A model generated the notes under the pieces. It did not search any database. It was not told where the DNA came from and worked only from the letters and a program-made list of their open reading frames with translations. Shown here piece after piece: positions 48,301-57,529 of a stretch of 64,000 bases of DNA. Position 1 is the stretch's first letter. Every line of letters starts with the position of its first letter. This DNA is from Candidatus Methanomicula labiotermitis (lineage in GTDB: Archaea; Thermoplasmatota; Thermoplasmata; Methanomassiliicoccales; Methanomethylophilaceae), in contig WQZU01000003.1 in assembly GCA_009780575.1 (NCBI GenBank), positions 1,940-65,939 on the forward strand. Reading direction: 5' to 3'. The position numbers and the translations under genes are program-made.

Positions 48301-48985
48301 GAAAAGGACGATAAAATCGTGCGAGAGCGTAATGGCCAAGATAGGCACCGTGAACCTGCGTGCAATAGACGACTTCGATGAGAAGAAGGAGAGACACACA
48401 CGTCTTTCAGACGATGTAAGCAAAATGAACGTACGCATAAGCGAACTCACAGCATTGATGGAATCCATAAACAAAGAGAAGAAAGGTCTGTTCATGGGCG
48501 TATACGAAGGCGTCAACCGGAACTTCAAAGAAATATACGCGGAACTGTCGAACGGAGGCGAAGCGTATATGAAACTTGAGTTCGAAGATTCACCGTTCGA
48601 CGGCGGCCTTCTGATAAACGCGAAACCGAAGAACGGTAAACTCCTGAGGCTGGAAGCATTGAGCGGAGGAGAGAAGAGTCTGACCGCACTTGCATTCATA
48701 TTCGCAATTCAGGAACTGCAGCCGTCGCCGCTTTACGTGCTGGACGAAGTTGATATGTTCTTGGATTCAGTGAACGCGGAGATGGTCGCCCGGCGCGTAA
48801 AGAAGAGCTCTTCGAAAGCGCAGTTCATTCAAGTGTCGCTGAGAAAGGTCACATTGGCGCTCGCGGAGCACCTGATAGGAGTGACGAGACAACCGTCAGG
48901 TATAAGTAAGATAATAATTCAACCTGATCTAGCAGAAGTGTCGAAATATGAGAGCGAGATCAAAGGAACAGAGGAAGGGAACTGA
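45398..48985 (+). CDS. smc: Chromosome segregation protein SMC
   Basis: N-terminal Walker A VTGPNGSGKSN, long coiled coils, hinge, C-terminal LSGGEKSLTALAFIFAI and VLDEVD. TTG 45404 (MYLKQVELENFKSF) is an equally good start. Confidence 0.9.
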   Translation: MDLYLKQVELENFKSFGGKLTIPLMEGYLAVTGPNGSGKSNISDAILFVLGPKSSKAMRAGKLTDLIFDGGKTKDKADFTKVSLVFDNKDRMIPWDEDTVKLTRLVRLSQDSENYSSYFYVNDGKSSMTEFDNLLSRARISADGYNLVQQGDVTRIVSMGNLERRRILDSISGITSFDADLDNAGKEKAETESNIERIQIIIKELDTQLEQLEKDMVEARKYLEAQLKLDEAKAQMVHRQLENAISETDGIREEMLRSQNDIEALRQRKQKLIDKVEELSAALSSKDKEIEDKCGPEYKEIKNKIEATKIEKAKADNRIEMSLESIGEQNENIDANKELLTETEKELQVCTSLIMDAQKNISAKKSALDAANKVLDDLKKNISSRGGEINVLQEKLQDIELDIDAKGDEQQQSEAKSAKAEAMAEAAVVNVASLEDQLQQADFEIKDAEWNLREFKEKNGAVDMQEFTAKIMTARKKESELEKQEAELNAAILRLSSEYESLKAEKRVTERTMQSDGVSAILELRDKGTMRGVHGTVMELATVEKDYETALSVASGGKMQAVIVDDDQVAADAISYLKKQKLGRVTFLPLNQMREGKPRAKAIMIEKDVIGYAIDLIKFDERYRAAFWYVLGDTMIVDTLDEARRLMGGVRLVTKAGELLDPSGAMVGGSLNPNAVFKFGPASESKMDSVGTELRAATTSLDSLKQALRDVRAEIRSYDDEMRNVSTQSADIQGKIGRYEAQLAVLRENRQKASDSLNAEKERLAEAQKDLSSASDELNKVIEQLSSLRTQRSEMRDRMIQIAPADLQESIQTTQDNVFNTQTEVNDLSAELAALEAEKNSIENAKKTILKEIKASEEKIALKMSEKSAAEEMIERFNIDLEGLKRIEADFESKITDLRDARDKVLQDKTSTESERDNTSEKISTKSGIAAGLEAKIQISEETVKQLREEVALITVEVQFPIPSEEELKRTIKSCESVMAKIGTVNLRAIDDFDEKKERHTRLSDDVSKMNVRISELTALMESINKEKKGLFMGVYEGVNRNFKEIYAELSNGGEAYMKLEFEDSPFDGGLLINAKPKNGKLLRLEALSGGEKSLTALAFIFAIQELQPSPLYVLDEVDMFLDSVNAEMVARRVKKSSSKAQFIQVSLRKVTLALAEHLIGVTRQPSGISKIIIQPDLAEVSKYESEIKGTEEGN

Positions 48986-48986
48986 A

Positions 48987-49862
48987 ATGGATAAGGATGG
49001 GATGGATGGAGTGGAACAGCACCTGCTGTTCCATAAGGCACTGATCGATGACAGTGTAGGATCTGAGAAGATAGACAGGTACATCGGTGTGCTTAAGGAG
49101 AGCGGGCCGGGAGAGACGATGAACGATCCCGTGGACGAATCGATAAGGTCGGCGTTCAGCTTGGTCCTTGAGCACAGTATGGACCCGTGGTGCATAAACA
49201 TCGTGGAGTTCGCACGCATGTACTCCGTAAAGAAAGTGAGAAACGCGGTAGACATAATCGTTGCCGGAAAACTGATACACATGGCATGGAAGATCCTCAG
49301 GATGCAGTCGGACATCACGCTCGAGGAAGGCGAACGTCTGGATCCGTTCGGGGATGACGGATGGGACATGGATTTCGATCTGGATGTGATGAACGAGCCC
49401 GAGAAACTGTATGTTCCGGATATTGAGTTCAGAGAAGCGATACGAAGGAATCCCACAAGGTCCGTCACGATGATGGAACTGCTTGACGCGTTCGAGGATG
49501 CCAGAGAGGAGATGGAACTGCAGATGGCGCGCGAACAGGCCCGCCTTGAACTGAAAGCAAAGGAACCGAGGAAGTTCGACAACAAGGCGCACGAAGAGGA
49601 TGACGAAAGGGACGTGGAGAGAGTATGGTCGGTCATCGAGAATCTCGGCACCGGACCGCTGCCGATACGCGACCTTTACGTGGACGATGTGAGAACAAAC
49701 ATCACAACATTCGTTTCGGTATTACATCTGGTAAGGGACGGAAGGCTTACGATATGGCAGGACAACATGCCGTACGGAGAGATATTCGTGGAAATAAAGA
49801 TAGACTGGAGCGACGGCGTGGTCGAGGATTCGCCGGAACTGGTGAACAGGGCGGTGGTCTGA
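48987..49862 (+). CDS. scpA: Segregation and condensation protein A (kleisin)
   Basis: Lies directly after smc. Kleisin-like N-terminal region (MDPWCINIVEFARMY) and C-terminal wHTH (FVSVLHLVRDGRLTIWQD). Start trimmed to ATG 48987. Confidence 0.7.
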   Translation: MDKDGMDGVEQHLLFHKALIDDSVGSEKIDRYIGVLKESGPGETMNDPVDESIRSAFSLVLEHSMDPWCINIVEFARMYSVKKVRNAVDIIVAGKLIHMAWKILRMQSDITLEEGERLDPFGDDGWDMDFDLDVMNEPEKLYVPDIEFREAIRRNPTRSVTMMELLDAFEDAREEMELQMAREQARLELKAKEPRKFDNKAHEEDDERDVERVWSVIENLGTGPLPIRDLYVDDVRTNITTFVSVLHLVRDGRLTIWQDNMPYGEIFVEIKIDWSDGVVEDSPELVNRAVV

Positions 49863-49863
49863 A

Positions 49864-50370
49864 TTGGATAAAAAGGGTGCCGTTGAGGCGGCGCTCTTCG
49901 CCAGCGCCAAAGGTATGCGTGTAATAGATATAGCAAATCAGACAGGCCTGACCGAAGAGGACGTGCGTGTTGCGCTCAAAACACTTTCGATAGAATACGA
50001 AAGGATGGGCTCGGCGATAAAGGTGGCGAAGATCGATGCCGAGTACGCACTTCAGCTGAGAGAGGAATACGCTCATTACACCGAAAGGTTCACCGAGGCC
50101 GAGATATCAAAAGGAGTGCAAAGGACGGCGGCGGTCATCGCGTACCATCAGCCGATACTTCAGTCGGAACTCTGCAGAACGCTTGGCCCAAGGGTGTATG
50201 ACGACGTCCGCAGGCTGACGGAACTGGATCTGATAGTCGGAAAACCGAAAGGACAGACGCTCGAACTGACAACATCCAAAAAATTTGCCGAACATTACGG
50301 AATAGAAGGAACAAGCAAAGCGGACATAAAGAAATGGATAGAGAGGATGGATAAGAAAGGGCAGAACTGA
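49864..50370 (+). CDS. scpB: Segregation and condensation protein B
   Basis: AVEAALFASAKGMRV... tandem wHTH, QPILQSELCRTLG. TTG start 1 nt after the scpA stop. Confidence 0.75.
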   Translation: MDKKGAVEAALFASAKGMRVIDIANQTGLTEEDVRVALKTLSIEYERMGSAIKVAKIDAEYALQLREEYAHYTERFTEAEISKGVQRTAAVIAYHQPILQSELCRTLGPRVYDDVRRLTELDLIVGKPKGQTLELTTSKKFAEHYGIEGTSKADIKKWIERMDKKGQN

Positions 50371-50474
50371 CGTCGCAGCCATCTCTTTAAACACGTACAA
50401 AATCTTCCGGCAGGTTTCTTTCAGATTCATCGCTGTACGGCAAGATTAACGGAAAAAGACAGACTGAACGAATC

Positions 50475-50484
50475 TTTTATATAA
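50475..50484 (+). promoter_or_regulatory. Candidate TATA box for the LSm gene
   Basis: ttttatataa lies about 30 nt upstream of ATG 50512, implying a short or absent leader. Confidence 0.35.
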
Positions 50485-50511
50485 TCTCCCAAATATGGAC
50501 GAACGGTTATT

Positions 50512-50727
50512 ATGGTCATGCCAATCGCTTTATTGGAAAAGTCGATAGACAAACGCGTCTCTCTTCTCTTAAAGGATAACAGAGTACTTGAAGGCAAACT
50601 GAAAGGATATGATGATTATATGAACATGGTACTCGAGGAGACGGAGGAACGCACACCCGAACAGGAAAGGCGTTTGGGCACCGTTGTTCTCAGAGGGAAC
50701 AATGTTGTAAGCATCACAACTCTCTGA
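50512..50727 (+). CDS. Sm-like archaeal protein (LSm/SmAP)
   Basis: Sm1/Sm2 motifs: VSLLLKDNRVLEGKLKGYDDYMNMVLEE and VVLRGNNVVSI. Confidence 0.85.
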   Translation: MVMPIALLEKSIDKRVSLLLKDNRVLEGKLKGYDDYMNMVLEETEERTPEQERRLGTVVLRGNNVVSITTL

Positions 50728-50745
50728 TCCCGGGAAGGTGTACGC

Positions 50746-52098
50746 ATGAGACTTTTCGGCACCAATGGTGTAAGAGGGGTCGTTAACGAAGATCTTACGG
50801 CAGAGATCGCACTGAGGCTCGGAAAAGCGATAGGGCTTTTTTTCAAAGGAAGTGTTGCGATAGCTTCCGATGCCAGAACATCCGGCGATATGATCAAAAG
50901 TGCGGCAATGTCCGGTTTGATGTCAGCGGGTGCCGATGTCATCGACCTCGGAGTGACTCCTACGCCGTCCATGCAGCATTACGTCGGAACGCATGAGGTT
51001 GCCGGCGGCGTTATGATAACGGCGTCACACAACCCTTCACAGTTCAACGGAATAAAATGCGTTGATTCAACGGGAAGGGAGCTTACCAGGGAAGACGAGG
51101 AAAAGATAGAGAAAATCTATTTCAATGAAAAAATAAAACTCAGCGGATGGGATTCCGTAGGCGTGATAAAACAGGACGCATCCGCCACGGAATCCTATGT
51201 GAACGCGGTTATAAAACAAGTGGATGCGGACGCGATAAGAAAAGCCAACCTGACGGTGATTCTGGACTGCGCGAACGGCGCGGCATTCCTTTCCGCGCCT
51301 TTACTGATGAACAAACTGGGCGTAAGGGCGATAACGCTCAATGCGAACCCTCAGGGAGACTTCCCCGGACATCCGAGCGAGCCGACCGAAGAGAACCTGA
51401 AGGACATAATGTCATTGGTGGTATCCGCGAAGGCCGATCTGGGCATAGCGCATGACGGTGATGCGGACAGGACCGCATTCATATCGGAGGACGGAAAATT
51501 CGTGAGCGGTGACAAAAGCCTGTCACTCATTTCCAAACACATACTTTCAAAGAAAAAAGGGACGGTCGTAACGCCGGTAAGTTCTTCGTCGATGGTGGAA
51601 GAAGCTGTAAAGGCGTCCGGAGGCGCAATAAAGTATACGGCGGTCGGCTCTCCGGCCGTTGCTAAGGCGATGTTCGAATCCGGGGCGGTTTTCGGCGGAG
51701 AGGAGAACGGCGGTTTAATATTTCCGGAACACCGGCTATGCAGAGACGGCGCCATGGCAGCCGCGAAAATGCTGGAACTCATAGCCAAAGAAGGAAAACT
51801 GTCGGAACAGATCGGAAAGCTTCCGGTGTATCATGTTGAAAAAAGGAAGATCGATTGCCCGAACAACATCAAAGACGATCTTCTCAGATCGTTGAAGGAT
51901 TCGAACAAAGGCGCCAAGGCCGATACAACGGACGGTCTGAAACTTCTGTTCAGTGACGGATGGGTTCTGGTAAGGCCTTCGGGCACCGAACCGAAATTCA
52001 GGATATACTCGGAATCAAAGGACGAGAGCGTTGCACGTCAAAGGGCGGATGAGACGGAATCGAATGCGAAGAAGATCGCCGAACGTCTTCTTAAATAA
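50746..52098 (+). CDS. glmM: Phosphoglucosamine mutase / phosphohexomutase family
   Basis: Active-site TASHNPSQFNGIK, Mg loop AHDGDADR, sugar loop GGEENGG. Substrate specificity not resolvable by eye. Confidence 0.8.
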   Translation: MRLFGTNGVRGVVNEDLTAEIALRLGKAIGLFFKGSVAIASDARTSGDMIKSAAMSGLMSAGADVIDLGVTPTPSMQHYVGTHEVAGGVMITASHNPSQFNGIKCVDSTGRELTREDEEKIEKIYFNEKIKLSGWDSVGVIKQDASATESYVNAVIKQVDADAIRKANLTVILDCANGAAFLSAPLLMNKLGVRAITLNANPQGDFPGHPSEPTEENLKDIMSLVVSAKADLGIAHDGDADRTAFISEDGKFVSGDKSLSLISKHILSKKKGTVVTPVSSSSMVEEAVKASGGAIKYTAVGSPAVAKAMFESGAVFGGEENGGLIFPEHRLCRDGAMAAAKMLELIAKEGKLSEQIGKLPVYHVEKRKIDCPNNIKDDLLRSLKDSNKGAKADTTDGLKLLFSDGWVLVRPSGTEPKFRIYSESKDESVARQRADETESNAKKIAERLLK

Positions 52099-52945
52099 GA
52101 TTATGTTTGGCGAATATCGAAACGCCTTCCTTTATGTATCTGGCACCAAGCACCGATGTTATGCCTCCGTGATCATACGGCGGCGATATCTCGACAACGT
52201 CCATACCCGCAAGACGGTCTCCGACAGCGTTGATTATTTTTTTTACGTCCATAGGCAGAAGGCCGAACGGTTCCTGCGTTCCGGTGCCGGGAGCAAATGC
52301 GGGATCCACGCCATCAATGTCTATTGTCAAATAGATCCTTTCATTTCTGACGGAATCAAGCGCCTTTCTTATTGCAGCATCGATCCCGCTTTCCATTATC
52401 TCATACGATGTGATATGTGGAATAATATCGTCACGGTCGAGCTCCTCCTCACTTATCGACCTGACTCCCAGAACGAATACGTTGTCTGTGCCGACGATAT
52501 CCGCGCACCGTCTCATGGCGCACGCGTGACTGTGCGGACTTCCCATGAACTCATCCCTTGAATCCAGATGCGCATCCACGGATATCACGGAAACGCCGTC
52601 AAAACAGCCGACTATCGGCGGAGTAACCGAATGTTCGCCGCCTATCGCCACGGTAAATTTTTTATCATGTATCGCCGGACTCAGGGAGAACCGGATCTCT
52701 TCATGCATATCCTCCGGAAATATATGATCGTCAAGATCTCCGAAATCATGGATACGCACATCCGGCAGCGGAAGATGCTCAAAATGTTTCACCTCAAAAT
52801 TATAGGATGCCCGTCTGACGGCACCCGGCGCTTCTCTCGATCCTGCTCTGAATGACGTGGTACGATCGTAAGGGATCCCGAATATTACCGCGTCCGCATC
52901 GGAAAAAGAAGATTCCGCATCGGCGAACGAGATCCCCGCGGGCAT
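52091..52945 (-). CDS. speB: Agmatinase (ureohydrolase family)
   Basis: GGEHS, DAHLD and IDIDGVDPAFAPGTG Mn-binding motifs. Adjacent to aIF5A, as is common for the hypusine/deoxyhypusine polyamine supply. Confidence 0.85.
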   Translation of the reverse strand: MPAGISFADAESSFSDADAVIFGIPYDRTTSFRAGSREAPGAVRRASYNFEVKHFEHLPLPDVRIHDFGDLDDHIFPEDMHEEIRFSLSPAIHDKKFTVAIGGEHSVTPPIVGCFDGVSVISVDAHLDSRDEFMGSPHSHACAMRRCADIVGTDNVFVLGVRSISEEELDRDDIIPHITSYEIMESGIDAAIRKALDSVRNERIYLTIDIDGVDPAFAPGTGTQEPFGLLPMDVKKIINAVGDRLAGMDVVEISPPYDHGGITSVLGARYIKEGVSIFAKHNLI

Positions 52946-52946
52946 T

Positions 52947-53333
52947 TTACATCAATCTCTGTCTGCCCATCGCAACGAGATACATCACTTCGCCGCCTTC
53001 CACGAGGTTGCTGTCATGATCCTCGTTTATGGCCATACTGAATGTCTCGAACGTTTCCAGGTCCATAAGCTGAACCTCATTGTCGCGCATCGACAGTATC
53101 TGTCCTTTTCTTTTGTCGATCATCGGGACCTGAACCTTTGCACTCACAGGCGCCGTTATCGTCTTTTTCGCACCGGTGAATATGCTTGTCGCCTCGATAC
53201 TCGCTTTTGCGGATCCGTGCTTGCCGGGTTTCGATGTCGACATCGATATGATCTTACACGGTTCCTCGTCTATGTTGAGGTACCTGCCGACCCTCAGTTC
53301 CCTTACTTCTTTCTGCTCCCACATTGTGATCAC
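52947..53333 (-). CDS. eif5a: Translation initiation factor 5A
   Basis: Hypusine loop STSKPGKHGSAKA. Confidence 0.9.
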   Translation of the reverse strand: MITMWEQKEVRELRVGRYLNIDEEPCKIISMSTSKPGKHGSAKASIEATSIFTGAKKTITAPVSAKVQVPMIDKRKGQILSMRDNEVQLMDLETFETFSMAINEDHDSNLVEGGEVMYLVAMGRQRLM

Positions 53334-53364
53334 TCCTCAATCTGTATTATGTTTAAATATTTGT

Positions 53365-54432
53365 TCATATGAATCTTTTCCTGCTCTTGCCCTTGCGTTT
53401 CACCGGTTCTTTGCGTTTCGGCGGTTCCGGATACCCTTTCCTGATCTCTTCCGCCCTTTTGCAGAATTCATCGAGCAGAACATCGCCTATGAACTCTCCT
53501 TTGTAATGATCCACCTTGGCAGCGATCAGCGCCTTTCCTGCCAGCGCCCTGGACAGTTTCCCGCGCTGCCAGTACGGCGCCCTGTGTATCTCCGGATGCT
53601 GAAAGATGATACCATGCTTGGGCGGCTTTTTTCCGGACTTAAGGTGCCTGAACATAGCCTTTTCCGCGCCAAGCAGCTGGAGTGTGGAAGAAGGAAGCGA
53701 AGAAATCCTGTGCAACCCGCCGGCAGATGAGATCAGACGTGCTGTCAGGGAACTGCCGATCAGTGTGCACGTGTTCGGCGCAACTTCTTCCGCGAGCTTT
53801 GATATGTATGTTTCCGTCCTTTCACGGTCATCGTATATCCTGCAGAGCGTATCGGCAAGATTCTTTACGGTCGTCATATCAGCATCATCCATATCGGAAC
53901 CTATTGATTCAACGCATATATTCAGTTCTTCAATGATCCCGGAACGGTTTCCGTGCTTTGCGATGAGTTCGCAGTATCTCCTGTCCTTGGCGTGATCTCC
54001 GAGCTCGGGGAAATGCAGTCCGTACCATTCATGCAGCCTTTCGTTCATCAGGTTGCATGACGATATCAGATCATCCAAATGACGGATCGCCTGCACCAGA
54101 CTCCTGTCCCGAGTTATCGGTTCCGATGTTCTGAGTTTTCCGAGGGCGAGCATCGCATCACGCATCATCGATGCGGTGAATCCGTACTGTTCCGCTTTTA
54201 TGAAAGAGGAGTCGAAGAGCGCAGGCTTACCGAGTTCCGACTGCCTGCGTTCCGATACGCGCAGTTTTTTCCTGTCCTTCGCCAATTCCTTTTCTTCGGG
54301 AAGAAGATATCCGCGCTGCATCAAGGCAAGTTTCTCAGCTATCTGTGCGGGATCAGCGGGCATCAGGCGTTTGTCTATGATCTGCGTTTCATTGCAAAGA
54401 AAAACACCGAACCATTTCGTTACCAGGATCAT
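53365..54432 (-). CDS. nop5: C/D box sRNP core protein Nop5 (Nop56/58)
   Basis: NOP domain LLGAEKAMFRHLKSGKKPPKHGIIFQHPEI...RGKLSRALAGKALIAAKVD and a basic C-terminal tail. Confidence 0.85.
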   Translation of the reverse strand: MILVTKWFGVFLCNETQIIDKRLMPADPAQIAEKLALMQRGYLLPEEKELAKDRKKLRVSERRQSELGKPALFDSSFIKAEQYGFTASMMRDAMLALGKLRTSEPITRDRSLVQAIRHLDDLISSCNLMNERLHEWYGLHFPELGDHAKDRRYCELIAKHGNRSGIIEELNICVESIGSDMDDADMTTVKNLADTLCRIYDDRERTETYISKLAEEVAPNTCTLIGSSLTARLISSAGGLHRISSLPSSTLQLLGAEKAMFRHLKSGKKPPKHGIIFQHPEIHRAPYWQRGKLSRALAGKALIAAKVDHYKGEFIGDVLLDEFCKRAEEIRKGYPEPPKRKEPVKRKGKSRKRFI

Positions 54433-55037
54433 CGCATCTTCTCCAGTCTGTACACTTCATCCCTCGGAAGCCCGCTGACGTTGTTACCGACGATCAGCTG
54501 AAGGTGCGCCTGAAATTCCAGTTCTTCCATACGGTCGCAGGCTTCTTCGATGGTCTTTCCCTGCGTAATGGCGCCATGGTTCTCCATCAGTGCGGCCGAT
54601 GATCTGTATATTTTTGCGACCTCTTCGACCAGATCATCCGAACCCGGCGTATGGTACGGTACAAGAGGAACATTTCCCAGAAGCAGAACTCCTTCCGGCG
54701 TCAGATCGGAACGTATCTTATCGCCTTTAACCGCTATTGCGGTGCAATAGACGGGATGACAGTGCACTATGGCATTCGTATCATTCCTGCGTTTGTATAT
54801 GGCAAGGTGGAATCGGTGTTCTATGGACGGTTTCCCGTTTCCGATGACCTTTCCGTCCATTGATATCTTTACGATGTTCTCCGGGGAAAGCGAACCTTTG
54901 TTCCTTCCGGAAGGAGTTATAAGCACGCAGTCGTCCGTTCTGATGCTTACATTACCGCCGGCGGATACGAGAAGACCTTTGCCGTAAAGTTTGGAACATG
55001 CGTCGCAGATCGCCTTTCTTGCATCCGTTTCATTCAA
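54429..55037 (-). CDS. Class II aldolase/adducin-domain protein (FucA / MtnB-like)
   Basis: GNVSIR...LITPSG and HCHP motifs. It overlaps nop5 by 4 nt and sits 4 nt downstream of the mtnA-like gene. Confidence 0.7.
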   Translation of the reverse strand: MNETDARKAICDACSKLYGKGLLVSAGGNVSIRTDDCVLITPSGRNKGSLSPENIVKISMDGKVIGNGKPSIEHRFHLAIYKRRNDTNAIVHCHPVYCTAIAVKGDKIRSDLTPEGVLLLGNVPLVPYHTPGSDDLVEEVAKIYRSSAALMENHGAITQGKTIEEACDRMEELEFQAHLQLIVGNNVSGLPRDEVYRLEKMR

Positions 55038-55041
55038 ATTG

Positions 55042-56082
55042 TCACCTCATCTTATGTATTTCCGCCGGTCCAAGGATACCGTTCTCCGTTATAAAACCGG
55101 TCACGTATTTCGCAGGAGTAACATCGAAGGACGGGTTCAGCGCTTTGGATCCGATAGGAGCTATCCTCCTGCCGCCGATCATTGTGATCTCCTCTTCCGG
55201 CCTTTCCTCTATTGGTATATTACCTCCGTGCTCGGTTCCGAAATCGAACGTGGACATGGGCGCGGCAACGTAGAAAGGAATGTTCAGCTCCTTTGCGACC
55301 ACCGCTTTCTCGTATGTTCCTATTTTGTTGGCAAAGTCTCCGTTCGCAGCTATGCGGTCCGCACCGGTGATAATGATGTTCACATCTTTCCTCATGAAAT
55401 GCCCGGAAGCACCGTCCGCAATGATCGCGTGAGGTATACCTTCCTGTAAAAGCTCCCATGCAGTCAGCTGCATACCCTGTAATCTCGGCCTTGTTTCGGA
55501 TACGTAGACAAACATCTTTTTTCCGTCGGCCCAAGCCTTTCTGATCGGAGCAATTGCCGTTCCGTGGTCAACGGTCGCAAGCGCACCGGCGTTGCAGTGC
55601 GTCATTATATTATCGCCGTTTTTTATCAGCGCCGATCCGTACTCGCCTATCTTTATGCATTTGTCCACTATCATCTGCGCGTAGGAATCAGCAGCCGCTA
55701 TCGGTTCCGTTCCTCTTTTCAATTCCGCGCACATGTAATCGACCGCATAGAACAGGTCGTAGGCGGTGGGCCTCGCAGCCGTCAGTGTTCTCGCGGCGTC
55801 ATCCAGATCATGCCCGTTAAGCGCTGCCAAACACATACCGTACGCAGCCGCCGCGCCGATGGAAGGAGCACCTCTGGTAGTCATGCTGTATATGGAAAGG
55901 GCAACCTCTCCGTGATCCTTGAGATTGACGATCATGGGATCATGCGGGAGATTACGCTGATCTATCATTCTGACTTCGCCGTTTTCAAACCATACGGCCC
56001 TCATATCCCTGCCGTTCGCACCGAGACCGACCTTCATATGAATTGTATAGGCGGGCATCGTTATTAACGGTGTCGTGCGCAT
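55042..56082 (-). CDS. mtnA: eIF-2B alpha/beta/delta-family isomerase (methylthioribose-1-P or ribose-1,5-bisP isomerase)
   Basis: MIDQRNLPH, RGAPSIGAAAAYG, TRPRLQG and GADRIAANGD motifs. The true start may be an internal Met (MKVGL.. or MRAVWFENG..). Confidence 0.75.
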   Translation of the reverse strand: MRTTPLITMPAYTIHMKVGLGANGRDMRAVWFENGEVRMIDQRNLPHDPMIVNLKDHGEVALSIYSMTTRGAPSIGAAAAYGMCLAALNGHDLDDAARTLTAARPTAYDLFYAVDYMCAELKRGTEPIAAADSYAQMIVDKCIKIGEYGSALIKNGDNIMTHCNAGALATVDHGTAIAPIRKAWADGKKMFVYVSETRPRLQGMQLTAWELLQEGIPHAIIADGASGHFMRKDVNIIITGADRIAANGDFANKIGTYEKAVVAKELNIPFYVAAPMSTFDFGTEHGGNIPIEERPEEEITMIGGRRIAPIGSKALNPSFDVTPAKYVTGFITENGILGPAEIHKMR

Positions 56083-56147
56083 ACGGCGCCGAAACGTACA
56101 ATGACGTTATAATGAACGGATTACGCGTTTTAGAGAGGGCAACATTA

Positions 56148-56155
56148 TTTTATAT
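56148..56155 (+). promoter_or_regulatory. Candidate TATA box for 56179..56913
   Basis: tttatata lies 24-31 nt upstream of the ATG, implying an essentially leaderless transcript. Confidence 0.35.
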
Positions 56156-56178
56156 ACTACGATGCATAACTACGTCGA

Positions 56179-56913
56179 ATGACAGATGATGGGTTTGATC
56201 TATATTCCAATTCCGGCGGACTCATCCGGGTGACGAATCCTGTACGCAGGAAGATATTGACGTGTCTGGCATCATCCTGTCTTTCGCTGACGGAAATATC
56301 GGGTTTAACGGGTAAGGCACAGTCCACACTCTCCGTACATCTTGATAAAATGACAAACGAAGGTCTTGTTGAATCAAAAAGTTGCACTGCGGACAGCAGA
56401 AAAAAGATATTCTCGCTGTCAGCAAAACTCCTGGCGCACACGCGCGGAACAAGCGAGGAAGGGATGGAAGCCTACGTAAAAACGATCGACACGATAACGG
56501 AACCCGGTTGTAATTTCTTCAAAGTTCTGCTGAGAGCGATGATAGTCGCCACGGAAGCGTCGGGATTATGCATAAGTCCGTTCATGCGGCTGCTGGGCAG
56601 AAGGGTCGGTCATTCGCTGTCAAAGAAGATCACCTCAACGAAGGTGGAGGACATAATAGGCGAACTGCAGGAATTTTACGAGAAGCATGATATGGGAGAG
56701 GTGTGCGTGTACACATTCATGCCGCTTACGATAATCGTTCGTGACAATTACGAAGTGACGCTGTGTGCGGCGGAATCAATATCTAAATTCAGTCAGGAAT
56801 TGTTCCTGACGGTACTCGTGGAATTGACCAAGAAAGATTACACGATAACGGCGGACGAATGCTTCGGCGCCGGCAACAACTATTCTAAATTCGTATTGGA
56901 ACAGATCATCTGA
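56179..56913 (+). CDS. ArsR-type HTH regulator with C-terminal V4R-like domain
   Basis: NPVRRKILTCLASSCLSLTEISGLTGKAQSTLSVHLDKMTNEGLV. The C-terminal half resembles V4R small-molecule-binding domains. Confidence 0.6.
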   Translation: MTDDGFDLYSNSGGLIRVTNPVRRKILTCLASSCLSLTEISGLTGKAQSTLSVHLDKMTNEGLVESKSCTADSRKKIFSLSAKLLAHTRGTSEEGMEAYVKTIDTITEPGCNFFKVLLRAMIVATEASGLCISPFMRLLGRRVGHSLSKKITSTKVEDIIGELQEFYEKHDMGEVCVYTFMPLTIIVRDNYEVTLCAAESISKFSQELFLTVLVELTKKDYTITADECFGAGNNYSKFVLEQII

Positions 56914-57529
56914 TATCGTACGTTATCAGAACACCGTTTCCAAGGACCTCTGCGCTTTTCATATTCATTACGATGCCGTTATCACGGATCCATCCGTCGC
57001 CGTCAACGGGTGTCGGCGCATCCTTTCCTCCGATGATGATGTTTCCAACGAAGACCGTAAATCTGTCAACGCACCCGTCCTTGAAGAATGACGCTATCGT
57101 CTTTCCTCCTCCTTCCACGAGCACATTCTCAATTCCGAGTCTGTAAAGTTTCTCCAGTGCTTCGGTAAGGCTGAACGGCGAACCGCATCTTATCGTGTCA
57201 GCATTATCCCATTCCGCTGTACACAGATTGTCCGTCAGTATGACCGTTGGTGCACGTCCATCCGTGATCTGCGAGCCTTTAGGCGTTCTGCCGTTAGGAT
57301 CTATGACGATCCTCAGAGGATTCTCGGAGAAGGATGCGCCTTTGATCGTCAGGTGGGGATCATCGGCTATCACGGTACCGACCCCTACCAATATCGCGTC
57401 ATATTTCTTTCTCAGACCTTTCGATCGCAACATATCCTCATCGCTTGATATTTTGACCTGCGATCTGTCGCATCCCGCGATCTTCCCGTCGGCGGACATT
57501 GCACAGTTCACGTGTATGAAAGGCCTCAT
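56906..57529 (-). CDS. 2,5-diamino-6-ribosylamino-4(3H)-pyrimidinone 5'-phosphate reductase (RibD C-terminal-domain type)
   Basis: MRPFIHVNCAMSADGKIA start, LLVEGGG-type motif VLVEGGGKTIASF. Confidence 0.8.
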   Translation of the reverse strand: MRPFIHVNCAMSADGKIAGCDRSQVKISSDEDMLRSKGLRKKYDAILVGVGTVIADDPHLTIKGASFSENPLRIVIDPNGRTPKGSQITDGRAPTVILTDNLCTAEWDNADTIRCGSPFSLTEALEKLYRLGIENVLVEGGGKTIASFFKDGCVDRFTVFVGNIIIGGKDAPTPVDGDGWIRDNGIVMNMKSAEVLGNGVLITYDIR

